Origin: Takakia lepidozioides
Taxonomy: Eukaryota; Plantae; Bryophyta
Length of the DNA stretch: 64,000 nucleotides
NCBI GenBank assembly: GCA_030704615.1
Contig: CM060734.1
Coordinates: 30,504,001-30,568,000 of the forward strand
Direction of reading: 5' to 3'
Every line of letters starts with the position of its first letter. The first letter of the stretch is position 1. The position numbers were made by a program, and so were the translations under genes. The notes beneath the pieces were generated by a model. The model saw only the letters and a program-made list of their open reading frames with translations. It ran no database searches and was not told the DNA's origin. Below, piece by piece: positions 21,568 through 33,543 of this stretch.

Positions 21568-24496
21568 GGCTGCAACCTAACGAGGAATTGTGTCAGAGAC
21601 GGTCTGCTAAATGCAAATGAAGAAGAGCAAGCAAAAAGGGAAATGAAGGTCTGGCGGTGAAGAAGTCTGGTGAAGTTGATACCTTTGCACTTCAGCAACG
21701 ACGGGCACGCGGCCTTTGAAGAGCGGGCGGGCGCTACAAACGAATCGTCGAGTCGAAGAGGCAGAAACCGCGAAGTGCAACACACCTTGCAGTCGCGAAG
21801 TGGAGAGACGCGAAAGACGCAAAAGGAGGAAGAGGCGAGGACCCCAACGTAACGGCTCACTGCTAAGCGTGACAGGAGCACGCGTGTGACCGCCGAGGCC
21901 ATGCACGTCGGCCATTGGACTGCCATCGAAACATCAAACGTCCCGGAGGCACAATAATGGCCGCCGCCATGGACTTTCATGGTCTGCCCTAAGTCTCCAC
22001 CAAAAGGGTCGGCCAAAAGGGTTTGCCAAAAGGGTCTGTGGCACTGGTCTGTCGCATTCGTGAGGCAAAGATTGTCTGCACTCGGTCTGCCGTCAGGGTC
22101 TGACCAGAGTTCTCCAGGCTGGTCTGTTGGTTCGGTCTTCTTGTCTGGACTGGCATGGTGCACTCTTCTCTTCTCCTGCTCTGCCCATCTGGTTTGCCCT
22201 CTGTCTGCAGTGTGTCCCCACCCGTTTCACCATTTCAATGGTCCCCCGGCTGGGTCTCTGCATCCCCGCATTGTCATGGTAACACTTGGAAGGTCCACTG
22301 GTTCGTTGCACAAAAAATTCCGCCACACATGCCCATTTCGTCCTGCATCGATGGGTCCACCTGCAAACAACATCCAAGAGACGGAACTCGGGAGGAAATC
22401 AGAATTTTATACAGCTAGCCATGTACATATGCTTCCGCTATTTTTGCAATGTTATTCCACACATGCTATATGGAGGACAAGCCTCGAACAAGACAGTGTG
22501 ACAAGGGAAATGCCGATTCTCAATTGTTGTCCGCTAAATGAGTCGTACTTGTTAGCAAAGACCTAAATACTTCCATTCAAGTCTGCACTGTAAACTCAAT
22601 GTAACTCACTTCCCCGCGCTCAAACAGTCCCACGAATAGGCAAACAACAAAGCAAAAATAGTAGAAGCATATGAACAAAAGAGGTTGTGGCTTGAAACGA
22701 TGGACTCCGACGTTGCCAGAGAGTCCATGGAGTCATGCAAAGGGATTCTTCACAACCGCCGAGTCTCTTGGTTCTAAACAGTCAAACAACAAACAGCAGC
22801 AAGCAACACGAGAAAATAAAGAAAAGCAAAGGGGGTTTGAGGAGATCGGCGAGTGCCATGGCATGCCAAATCCGGACGGTCTGGATAAAACCGGATCTGG
22901 ACGGGCAGATGCGCGCCACGTAGGTCTGGGTCTGTTGTGCCGGTCTGGGTGGTCTGCCGGACGACATGCGCAGACCGAGCTTGGGCAGACCCCATCAAGG
23001 GCAGACCCACTGGAACCCGATGGCGGGCGGACCCAGGGGCGAGGGAGGGCGGGCGGGGGCCGTGGTCCGGGGGCGGGCTGGGCGGCGTGCGGGCAGGGCC
23101 ACGGGCGGCTGCGGGGCTGTCGACCGCGCTGCGCGGCTGGCAGCTGGGGGCGGGCGGGGCGGGGGAGGGCGACCCCGCGTCCGTGCGGGCGTGCGTGCCC
23201 TGTCCCACACGCGCGACATAAACTCCCAATTATTCAAAAATGAGAGGCATATATATATATATGGATATGGATGATATTTTCCCATATGGGCAATGTAATT
23301 TGAACCGATCCCAAGTTCAATGTTTCTTAATTTTTGGAGTAGTCATGAATTAGTTAAATTTTTACCTGGTTAGAAGTAGACTCACCTGTTCATGTAAGTT
23401 AGTAGGCTCGCCTGATCATGCTAGTACACTCACCTATTCACGTAGGCAGACTCGCCCATTCTCGTCATCCATATACGAATCTTCATTCAATGGTGTCTAA
23501 ACATGTGTTCTTTTTCCAGTATATCTTGCTCCACCAGGTTTTGTTTCTCCTCCCAGCACTTTCTGACCTGTCATCTTTCTTGTTGTCTGACCTTCTTCAC
23601 GCAGCAGGTGACACTAGAATAGTTTGATTTCTTCTTGTCAATACATCTACCGATCTACCTCTACGACATTTTGTTTCTCCTCTTGAGGATAGTTTTACCC
23701 CTTTGTACAGTCACCCAAGTTGGGCCTTTTTTTAAAGCTATGTGGCAAGTTAATTAATAATTTACCCATTTGTACACTCACCCCACTTGAGTCTTTTTAT
23801 AACGCTATGTGGTGATAAGGAGTTGCAATGCCTTGATGTTGGAAATGTGGGGCTTTTATAGGTGACCATTTTAGGTTGGGTGTTGGGATTGGGTGAGGTT
23901 AGCTTAGTGGAGTCCACATGTCGCTCTACATGGCATTTCAGTCCAACAGTTGTTCTCTTGCCATGTTTGGCAACACCTGGCACTGTGGCGGAGCCACTTG
24001 GCTGGAGGGAGCTTGGGGAGAGTTAAGGAGGTGTACTACTGCTATAAGAGGACACTTATCAGGTGAAGAAGATGATTATCGACAACAACGTTGTACAGGG
24101 TGGGACGATGCTGATCTTGTGCTGCAGCTGGACGTGGGCACTTACAGTGTTGCGAGTCGAGGTCCGTGTGTGAGGACGGTATGTATGGGTTGGCTGGTGC
24201 GTCTCCGCTATGTGTGAGGGTGGTGAGAGTGATTCTTGTTGTTTGGGTCTTTTAGCAGAAATACGCGAATTACATCTGTTCGATAAGTCTAGATATTGGA
24301 GGCTAGGTGACTCTGACTGCTGAATGCATGGGTTTATGGGTTATGCACGCTGTCGACAGCAAGTTCTGTAATTTGTATATCACCTAGGATACGCATAGCA
24401 GGATTTGATATGTAAGGTTGGACGTGTGAACTTCAGCTGTAGCTATAACTTCGTTACGTGCTTGAACATTGCAGCACGACTAAGGTCTTTGAGATA

Positions 24497-25093
24497 ATGG
24501 CGTCACGAGAAGAGCTAGATGAGAAGGCTAGGTCTGGAGAGGTGGTAGTGCCGGGTGGTACAGGTGGGGAAGTCTGGAAGCTCAGGAGCGTCTTGCTGAA
24601 GGTAAGACTCTGGCTAGAGATTTCGTACTGTTTTAGTGTTAAGTATGTGTGCGTGGTTCATCTCCTGGGATTGTCTGGACGCCGCCTACTAGGCTGTTTT
24701 TATCTCTCCGTTGTCCCGATCTGAAGGATTTAATGTTGCGTCACATGTGCAGTGGCGTCGGTATCTGCTGCTGTAGTAGTAGCTTACACTCGATGTGTTA
24801 AACTGTTTGACACCTTGCTGAGAATTGTTAGCGGAAGTACTTTGATGATATAAATGCGGACGTCTCAACTATGTTTGGAGATTTGTTGGTAACCTCTTTG
24901 TACTTAGCTGATCACTAAGAAGTAACGTCTAGCAGGGAGAAGTACGGGTGGCCAAACTAGGAAGGAGTAGATGGCGTCCGAGGGATATTCCGAAATGGGG
25001 AAGAAAGGTGGACTCTCTAGCAGCGGCGCTGACGGTGGGCAAGTGGCTGCAGAGCGCTGCATTGAGATTGATGAATCCAAATACACAAAGTGA
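24497..25093 (+). pseudogene. Em: Em-like small hydrophilic LEA (group 1) pseudogene
   Basis: Exon 1 (24497-24601) reads MASREELDEKARSGEVVVPGGTGG/SLEAQERLAE, with a 1-nt loss near 24570. Exon 2 (24936-25093) reads [27 protein letters not shown]...[10 protein letters not shown], with an in-frame TAG at 24968-24970. Confidence 0.9.
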
Positions 25094-26138
25094 ACTACTT
25101 ACAGGGTGTCTTGGCACTACGATGTAGTATATGCATATTGGTTTCTCCTGCTTCTGCGATGTAGCATACTTAGAGAGAAGGCACACTTTTCCTGCTTTTT
25201 TGTAGCAACATGCTTTTTCAGAGGGTTGGTTTTCTAACTGTAAGGTTTCGGATACAAGATAAGACCTTCAAAATTTTTTGGCGATCGTCAAACTGGCCGT
25301 TGGGTTCCATAAGATGACAACGGCTTGTGAAAGCTTGTATCTGGTATGTACAGTTCATAATATTTTGCTGCACCCACCCACCTTGCATTTCCTCTCCTTT
25401 ACCCTTCTCTTTCCTTCGGTTATCCACCTAGAAAACGAAAAGAAAACTTCATACAAGCTGGTAACATTTGGAGAAGATCTAGTGTAGACTTATCAGTTTC
25501 TCTGAGGTTTCTAAAAGTCCTAGACCTTACCACACGAGCGGCATTAAGCTGCAGTTACGTGGCAGCTCCTAGATAGGATTGCACCATAGTGACTCTGGTA
25601 TGGAAAGTAGTCCGATGTCAGCAAAAACAAAAATTGCTACCACATCAAGTGCTTCTGACCAACACCTATGAAACGCCACTCATTTTAAATGAATTAGGTC
25701 TTTAAATCGCACGTGTGCACCAGCCAACAATCTCTTTGAAACTAGATTTATCTCGGAAGATAATAAAAATTATGTAATGATTTAATTCACACGTGTGACC
25801 TCTGACAGGATGATACGGCGGTTTGTGGCCATGTTAAATCTTTCCCACCCATGGAACTGGAAGAGTGTAAAACTCCAGTCGGTGTTACACTCAGGACGAG
25901 GTGTGTTACACACCCGTCATCGTTACATTGGGTTAATTCCGCTCCGGGTTAAAACATAACTCCACTGGGTGTAACTCACAAAATTTGACGAAGTCCAAAT
26001 TTGGCCAAGTACAAAATGGACTAACCAAAGTTACATAAGAGATGTGATTACAGAGGCTTATACCAATTGGCATACTAACACCCGGGTTATACCACTACAA
26101 CAACCTCTCAAACCCCTTGCCACCTGCAATGCTGATGA

Positions 26139-26196
26139 GAATGTACTCATAAATCGTTGTTTGCCGTAGCCTTGTGGCCATTGACCCCGCGCCCAG
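26139..26196 (-). mobile_element. Extreme 3' fragment (about 58 bp) of the same LINE, with TSD
   Basis: Reverse complement CTGGGCGCGGGGTCAATGGCCACAAGGCTACGGCAAACAACGATTTATGAGTACATTC matches 8883-8940. Flanked by AATGCTGATGA at 26128-26138 and 26198-26208. Confidence 0.85.
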
Positions 26197-27042
26197 AAAT
26201 GCTGATGAAAATGCTGATGAAAATGAGACGTCGGATGCAGTAAGGAAGAATTTAAAGGCACCAAAGGTGGAAAAGCTGGATGGCTGGGTATATGTGGCTC
26301 AGAATAAAGTCAAAACTTACCCATGCCCACTTCTAGGAAGCACTGGAATTCCAACTCACAAAACTGGTAAGGACCCCATCTTGTTTTGATGTAATCGTAA
26401 TCTTTGCAAAATTTGTGGGAATGACAGCGTCCTCCCTCTACTCACCATCGGAGGCACAGTTGTCAACAAAACCTATCCAATGTGCTGCTTATAATCCTTC
26501 TACAAAACCTTGGCTCTTCCTCAAAGGTGAAGACCTGGTCGTCAGTATAATGCCAAATAGTTAGCATCAACCAGTTTCAGCACACCACATCATGCTACCT
26601 GCTTTTAGTTTCTGGAGGAAGACTAATCACTACTATTTCACACAGGGTAACTGCTTTTTCATGTGTGTTTATAACAACACATAGGGTCATCTGCACCTTT
26701 TCCACATAATATCCACTCCATGTTCTTCAGTTGCCATTCCAGAAAAGGGAAAATGTGATTGCTAATTTCCATGCTCAATCCACTCAACCACATTCAAGAT
26801 CAATGATTGGTCAAATCTGCAGTAAAGGGAACTTTCTTGTTCCACTGAACACTTCGAGAGTGGAAAGTAGTGAACTTACCCATGGAAAAATAAATGAAGA
26901 TTGACAGATTAACATCGGAATCTGCCCTCAGTGCTTGGCTTTCCACGCTAGAGTGCTGGTGTTTATCTCCTGCAAGAATGACAGCTGCATTCTGTCGGGA
27001 GAGTCAAAATGATCCCTGGCCCAAGAAAGAGAAGTGCTGATT

Positions 27043-30000
27043 TCAAGAATCAAACACGCGCACAGTGCCTGTGACTGTTTGGCGACACACAGGGCACCTA
27101 GGATTGATGCCAGATTCGACTCTTTGAGCACACTCCACGCAGCATACTCGATGCCCACAGTAGATGAAGACTGCCCGCCGCCTCCTCAACAAGCACACAA
27201 CACAAAGTTCTCCATCTGGAATCTCTCCCACATTCTCCACTTCCTCTTCAGTGAGCCTGTCTTGCCTGCAATATTGTTTCAGCCAACGTATTCAAATACA
27301 ACTTCCACTTGCTTTACTCTAAACATAAGTTTTCCTTCTGCTGTGTTTAAGCTGGAAAGTCTACTATGGTAAGCATATATGATGAATATCCAATCTAGAG
27401 GTAGAAAGTACTCCAATTGCCTGGTTTCTTCATCCCGCCGTTGCCTCTGTTGCTGTCTCTGTTTCCACTTGGTCCAATTTCTGAAACACGCAACTGCAAA
27501 TGTAAGCACAACAGCGGCGGCATCATATCAGAAGAGAGGCAAGCTTGAAGATTCCATCACTTTATTGTCATATATCCTGAATGGGCTGACTGGAGAGACA
27601 GAAAAACATGGTGACAAAGCATATCAATCCCACGAAACCCATCCTTTCTTTTATCGAGGGCCCAGCACGATATATGATGATGGTGTAACAGAAACCAAAA
27701 AGGTAGGCACGTACTTGATGATGGCATAGCTTAGAACACCAGCTGCTACAGTGCTAACTGCAAGGCCCATCCAGAACAACACCTTGGTTCCATTTGCCAG
27801 CTCAGATATGAGCTGATCTCTAGTGTAGTCTGTCCTGCACAATTCAGGCCACCAATCAAGATGAACACCTCCAACACTCAATCCGACACACCACATCACT
27901 TCTAATTCAGACTGCAGTGGTAGATCATGTGTTGTTGAAACTACCCCAAGCATTCAAATCTTTGAGCTTCTGCTCAAGATTTTCAACTTGTCAGAAATAG
28001 AAAAGATTATATATATGTTACCAAGTTCCCTATTCCAGTCTGACTTAGATGGTAGCATCATTATTGGAGGTATAGGATTAGACACTTCCACACTTCACCA
28101 TACTTTTCTGCGTCAGTTCACCCTCCCCATAATTTTTGGTTGGCATCAGCCTCATACTAGGTCTCCCAAATCATATCTGAGGATGTCAAGAGGTTAACAC
28201 GTCCTCACACTATGCTGCAAAACTGATGTGATTACAAAGTCAATTTCAAGAACGGTACACAATACACATGGAAACTCCTTATGTTTACCTCAATCACTGC
28301 AAGGCCAAGTCTCTCCCTATACCTCTAGCAACTAAAAAATGGCACCCCTAAATTCTGGAATCCCTTCAAACTTGTCAGGCTGCTTTTCATGTCGAGTGGC
28401 AAGGAAAGGCAGCAAGTATAAAAAGGGCTGACAGGTTCGGGTGAGCAACATGATTTCAATCAACTTGGTCCAGCCATTGCCAAGGGGCAGTACACATACA
28501 AGAAGATAGGCAAACGCTTGCAAGACTTGATGATTGGGTTTCCATCTGTAGAGGAGCCCAGGATGCTAACTGCCGTAATCTCCTTCCCGATCGGCAGTAG
28601 TTTTTCCTCATCCAGAAGGCCAACCTGCCAATATGTCAGCACAACAAATTGACAACTGTAGTGCTAAAGATTAGCTTTTACTGTACAAAGCACAATTTTA
28701 AATTAGGTTTCATATGATATTCATTCTGATGGAATTAGGGCTAAGACACACCATGGTCCAGTCTTATTCAACTGGTTAACCAGTCAAATACTTCAAAGGA
28801 AAAGAAGAAAAAATCAATAGGAGCATGTGTGATGGCCAGATTTGACCAGCCAGCAACACCTCATTGTATGCTCAATAACCAAAACACACATTAATTGGAA
28901 TCTTCCGGTTCCCAGGAAATGCAAATAATGAAAACCTTGATACATATGATCATTAGATGACTGATCACGATTCATGCTGAAAAGCAAGCAGTGATAGGAA
29001 ACAAGGGAGTTACAAACTGGGTAACGGCGTCCAAACATGGCCTGCAGCAAAGTATATCTGGATGCAACTGGTGGTAGACTGTCACAAGGGGTACTGGATG
29101 TTGTGATTTGTCCATGTTGATATGCACATATACTGCTAGCTCACGGGGTTGACTATCCCAATGAGCCTCGCAAATGGCACCTACACTCAGCATAGAGCAG
29201 ATATTAGTTTTAATTAATCCATTTGGACAGCCATGATTGCAGTTAAAAACCACAAAACTTGGAACCCAAGCATATGTGGTACCGTACACCTTTGACAACT
29301 TGCTCCCAACGGAAGCCAATTCCAAAGAGGCCAAGCCAATATAGCATGCCACCATGAGGGAGAGAGAGGAAAAGAAAAAGTGAGAAGGACACAGGAAACT
29401 CAGAGAGCGCATAGGACATAGAAAAAAGAAAAGCAAATGAATTAAACATGCACCCCAACAACCAGCCTCCACCACAGCCATACAACTACTATTCAACTTC
29501 GAGAGTGTGAAAGAGCAAGAGGCAGGGGGAGGCACAGAGGGAGATATGTACCATTTGTTGTGTGATCTTGACAATGTCTTTCTGTGTTATCCATCCAAAC
29601 AAGTGGCTCATCTCAGTGTGCACATACTGTGCCATTGCAAAAAAGACAACCCCTGTATTACACACTGTCTGTATGGAAAGCTTTATGTAATCCTACCAAC
29701 ACTATTACAAAAGTGGGACATTTCACTCAATAACACTACTAGAATCTGAGACCACCATCCATTGAAGGGTTCATGACCAATCTAGGTGGTGGGAGTAAAG
29801 CACAGTATCCATCTGTCTCCAAGGGCTCCAATAATCAACTAAACCATGACAAATGAGGTGAAAGAGAAATATCAATGGCCTTCGGCCCAAGAAAATTTTA
29901 AGAGGACAGAAATCCCCATAGAACTCCTTCAGAAAGCAGTCTCAGTCACACTTAGTCTCTAGGGCCACAATCTAAAGTACAATTTTCATCCTGAACCAGA

Positions 30001-30966
30001 ATTGTCCTTACCGCAGCTCGATCTTGCCACCTGGTGTATCATACCAGGGTATAACATGGTGATAGAGTTACAACATCTCACCATTTCAGTCTTCTCCTGC
30101 CACCTCGCAGAAGGAAAAGGAGACACCCATAAAGGGGAAATTTCAAACATATGTCCCTTAATGGTGTCCTGATTCTGATGGTCAGCAGCCTTTTTCAATA
30201 GCCTTACCAACCAAAACCAGTTGAAACTTCTACTAATGGGTCGTCTGTTTTCTTAAAAGGAAAACTGCGGCTGGGAGTCTAGCTCACGGATTGAGCTATG
30301 CACAAAAATAATAATCTGAAAGTGACAAAGGAAGCAGGAGAGAGAAAGAGAGTCAGTCAATTCCACACCGTTTGGGTCCTCTCCAGATATACTGCTTTTT
30401 CTTCAACGTTTTGAGCCAAAAGCGCCTCTGCGTCACATTTACTGTCTTCAGAGTGGACAGAAGCCTTGGTCTGCACTCTCCCTCGTACAATCACAAGCTG
30501 ATCCTGCTTCTGTTGCAGCTGCTGTGGGCATGGCTCCCGCCAGGGCCTGAAGGGCATTCTCACTTGCTGCTTTGTCGCAAACATTTCAGGCACATTGAAT
30601 ATGGAACTTTCCTGATAAATATAATTCAAATTTTCATAAGTTTGGCAAAAAATTCTAGGTTTCAACTGGTTGACAAGGAACAGCATGCTGAAATATGTGG
30701 TTTTCTCATTAAAAGTGGACTCTCGCCTTCTCCAAGCCCTTGGGTTTGGCTCTTGTCCGATCTTCTCTCTCTTCAATTAAAGTTCGGAGATCAGCAATTT
30801 TTGAAATTGGGGTTTCTTTCACTTCCTTGAGAGCTCTGGAGTGCCATCGAAATTTAAGCCATGTGCGAATAGCCAGGACTGTCATACCTATCCCCATGAC
30901 CAATCCATCGCCCGCAAGTGCCATGCGGCTGAGGGCCACACAAAGCTCATCTTCACGAGCTGCCAT
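27043..30966 (-). pseudogene. SPL2: SPL2/MUL1-type RING E3 ubiquitin ligase (GIDE domain plus C3HC4 RING), frameshifted in exon 4
   Basis: Exons: 30966-30727, 30611-30369, 29626-29552, 29180-29018, 28624-28500, 27834-27715, 27480-27421, 27265-27043. Motifs include YPVGLLDEEKLLP and IPDGELCVVC..CGHRVCC..C..CPVCR. Exon 4 is 163 nt, and VPF, EAHWD..HQLHP and YTLLQAMFG lie in three different frames. Confidence 0.8.
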
Positions 30967-32599
30967 CTGGTTCAAATATGGTGGTGAACTTTATTTATAC
31001 CCTTGCTTGATGCTCCACTCCGCCGTTGACAATTATAGAAGATGTGTTTCCTACTTAGAAGGTGAAATCACCTCTACAAATGTGTCCTGCTAAGTATGTC
31101 TTGCCTTCTGAGGCTCAAGAGACCATGTCAAACAATCATAGAAACCAGCACCACTCCCTTGTGCTCTTACCTGTACAGTCCATTCCTGGGTAGAGTATAT
31201 GGCCACTACTCATGAAGTTTGATAGATTGGAGCAAAATCTCAGAGAAATTAACTTGTAAGGAGACCCATAAACCCCCAATGGATAAATCCACCAGTCACA
31301 ATGCTAATTGGCAGCTACTTCGCGTCAGAGCAGCTACGGCTTATTTGATCATTTCATCTGTAGGCCACAACCTGCACGCTCCATAATTGAATCTTAAAAC
31401 CCTAGTGTCATACAACCAAGCAGGCCCACGATGTGGCGTCTTGAACAGGCCTGAATTCACCTCAATACCTTTAGGCACCACAGGAATCTGCTTTGCAACC
31501 AATCCTAGGAAGGAAACTCTGTGATTTGGTTCCTCACAGTCAAATCTGCTGTTCAGTGGCATCATCCTACATCATCACCAGGCTCCCAAGGATAACTGGC
31601 TAAAACTCTAATGTCCTGCTTCACTTATGCCAGCCTCTCCCAACTCCACATGTCTGCCTTGACAGACTGTATATCTCTTGCAACCTCCGTAAGAGCTTTA
31701 TAATCAGTCTTTGGCTGGTTTGTCTATGAAAACTTCCATGGTCGCGAAAGCACCTGAAAACCCGCCTTCAGTGACATGTCCAAACTCCATCATACAAACC
31801 CATGATGTTCACTTCAATAAGCTGGCTGCCTTGGATCTGCAGTCTTTCCAGTGGAGCTCGCTACTCAATTGCTTTTTGCTCATACATCCTCTAGACGGAA
31901 CTAAAAACCAAATGCTTGGAATATCTTACCCGTTCAAGCCTGAATCCCTAATTGTAAATCGGCAACAATCTGAGTAACATCAGCCAGATAGATTTCGGGT
32001 GGTGCAACGAAAGAGGGGAACGGAAAGGGGAAAAATGATCACTTCAACGGAAATTCTACAACATCACCCCCACACACAAAGGGCAATTCACGATACTCTG
32101 ATCTGCTACTCCCTTGATCACTCAAAAGGATTTCAGAATTATGAACCTCAACGAACTTTCCAGTCTTCACAACACGAAGAAAATAGCTTCTGGAGCGCGA
32201 TTAAGCAATAACCCACCATCTTCAAAAGCAATAGAAATCTTTCTGGGAGGATGTTTTGGTGAACTTGAAAGCAACATTAACATAAAATCTCGAAAGCGCA
32301 ATTTCCATGCCGGAGAGTGACGAAGCCATTCGATAATATCGAATCAGCACTTTGCCGACAGCCGAGAGACGACAACCATAGTGTCTTTGGTTGAGATACT
32401 CCAAGTACCCCCAATGCCTTCAACACCCACGTACACTCCAGGAATCCTCGGAGCGGCAGCAAATTGAACGTGAAGCGACCATATCCCGGACCAAGACTCC
32501 ACGAGTGCAGGACCGACGTGGAGCTCGACGATTGCATGACAGGCACAAATAACATGAACCCACGTGGCAAAGAACTCCGACCTGCATCAACACGTCTCA

Positions 32600-33200
32600 A
32601 CCGTCCAGCACTTTAGTGCGAGCCTGACCATCCGGACAATTCCGTGTACAAAACTGGACAAAGATCATGTTTTTCCAGTCGTCCACTTGAGTTTCTGTTG
32701 CTCCAACGTCAGTAGATTTGGTGGGTCGTCAACTGCATTTGCTTGGCCCATTGATATTTGGCTCGAATTGCAGATCAGTTTGTGGTCGTGAATTGGGAGG
32801 AGAGAGTTTGTTTTCTTGAATGGTTCTAACAGCACCTTCCCTATCCATGTCTTTCCTCGGATTGGAAGCACCTAACCACATCCCGTGTTGGATTTCTCCT
32901 ACGAAAAACTGGAAAGGTAAATGGAGGCGACAGATTTCAGCAGGACTGGGTTCACGTGACTTGTACCCAAGGTGGTGACAAGTACAAATCACGTCGAGTA
33001 GAGGCTTTGACAAAGCATCTATTCGACGACTCCAGCAACGGATGCTTGCCTTACTTTGCAATGCTACTCGTAATGTTTATGTTGGCAGATGATGGTTTCG
33101 CCCTTCTCGCACACAGGTGGCCTAGACATGACGATTCACTGAGCTTACTTGTTCCCAAGTCCAAAACCTGAGGGCTCGGGACTAGTGATACTCGTCCAAA
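32600..33200 (-). mobile_element. Possible decayed L1 ORF1 remnant
   Basis: Broken frames give YLSPPWV, HLPFQFF and WIGKVLL in an order resembling DUF4283-type ORF1. Weak. Confidence 0.25.
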
Positions 33201-33543
33201 TTTTGGTAGCTCTTGTCTGCTTACGGCTAGCCTTTACTGGAGCTTGTTAAGTTGCTGTCCTCAATTTGAGAAGGACTGAGTCTCTCTCAATTCTTTGATT
33301 TCTTGTCAATCAAGTGAGTTCCTGCACTGCTTAGCAGATCCAATCTACCACGACAGAAATAGCTAAAGCCATATGGTGGGCTGGAACAGCCAGGAACAAA
33401 ACTGGTGGGTGTGGTTCAAATCATGTTTATGTCAAGGGAGGTTGAACAATATGGTTCAACCAGAAAAATATAGGAGGCAATTACGTCCCATAGAAAATTT
33501 GTAAAGAACCAGAATATGCACCCTCACCATTGCAGCTTCTTCA

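Larger units (their letters stand above)
17390..23227 (-). mobile_element. Unclassified large element (probable DNA transposon) with a multi-exon gene and GC-rich terminus
   Basis: A GC-rich block at 22900-23220 ends sharply at minus-strand GGGAGTTTATGT beside AT-rich AATT. GGTCTG/CAGACC motifs are dense throughout. A run of same-strand ORFs spans 21567 to 17490. The left terminus was not found. Confidence 0.55.

Noticed and set aside
22671-23285. Several overlapping Gly/Arg/Pro-rich ORFs
   Set aside because: Expected from extreme GC content in a subterminal block.
26128-26225. CTGATGA repeats as a hammerhead ribozyme core
   Set aside because: Explained as a TSD or tandem target, and no compatible stems are present.
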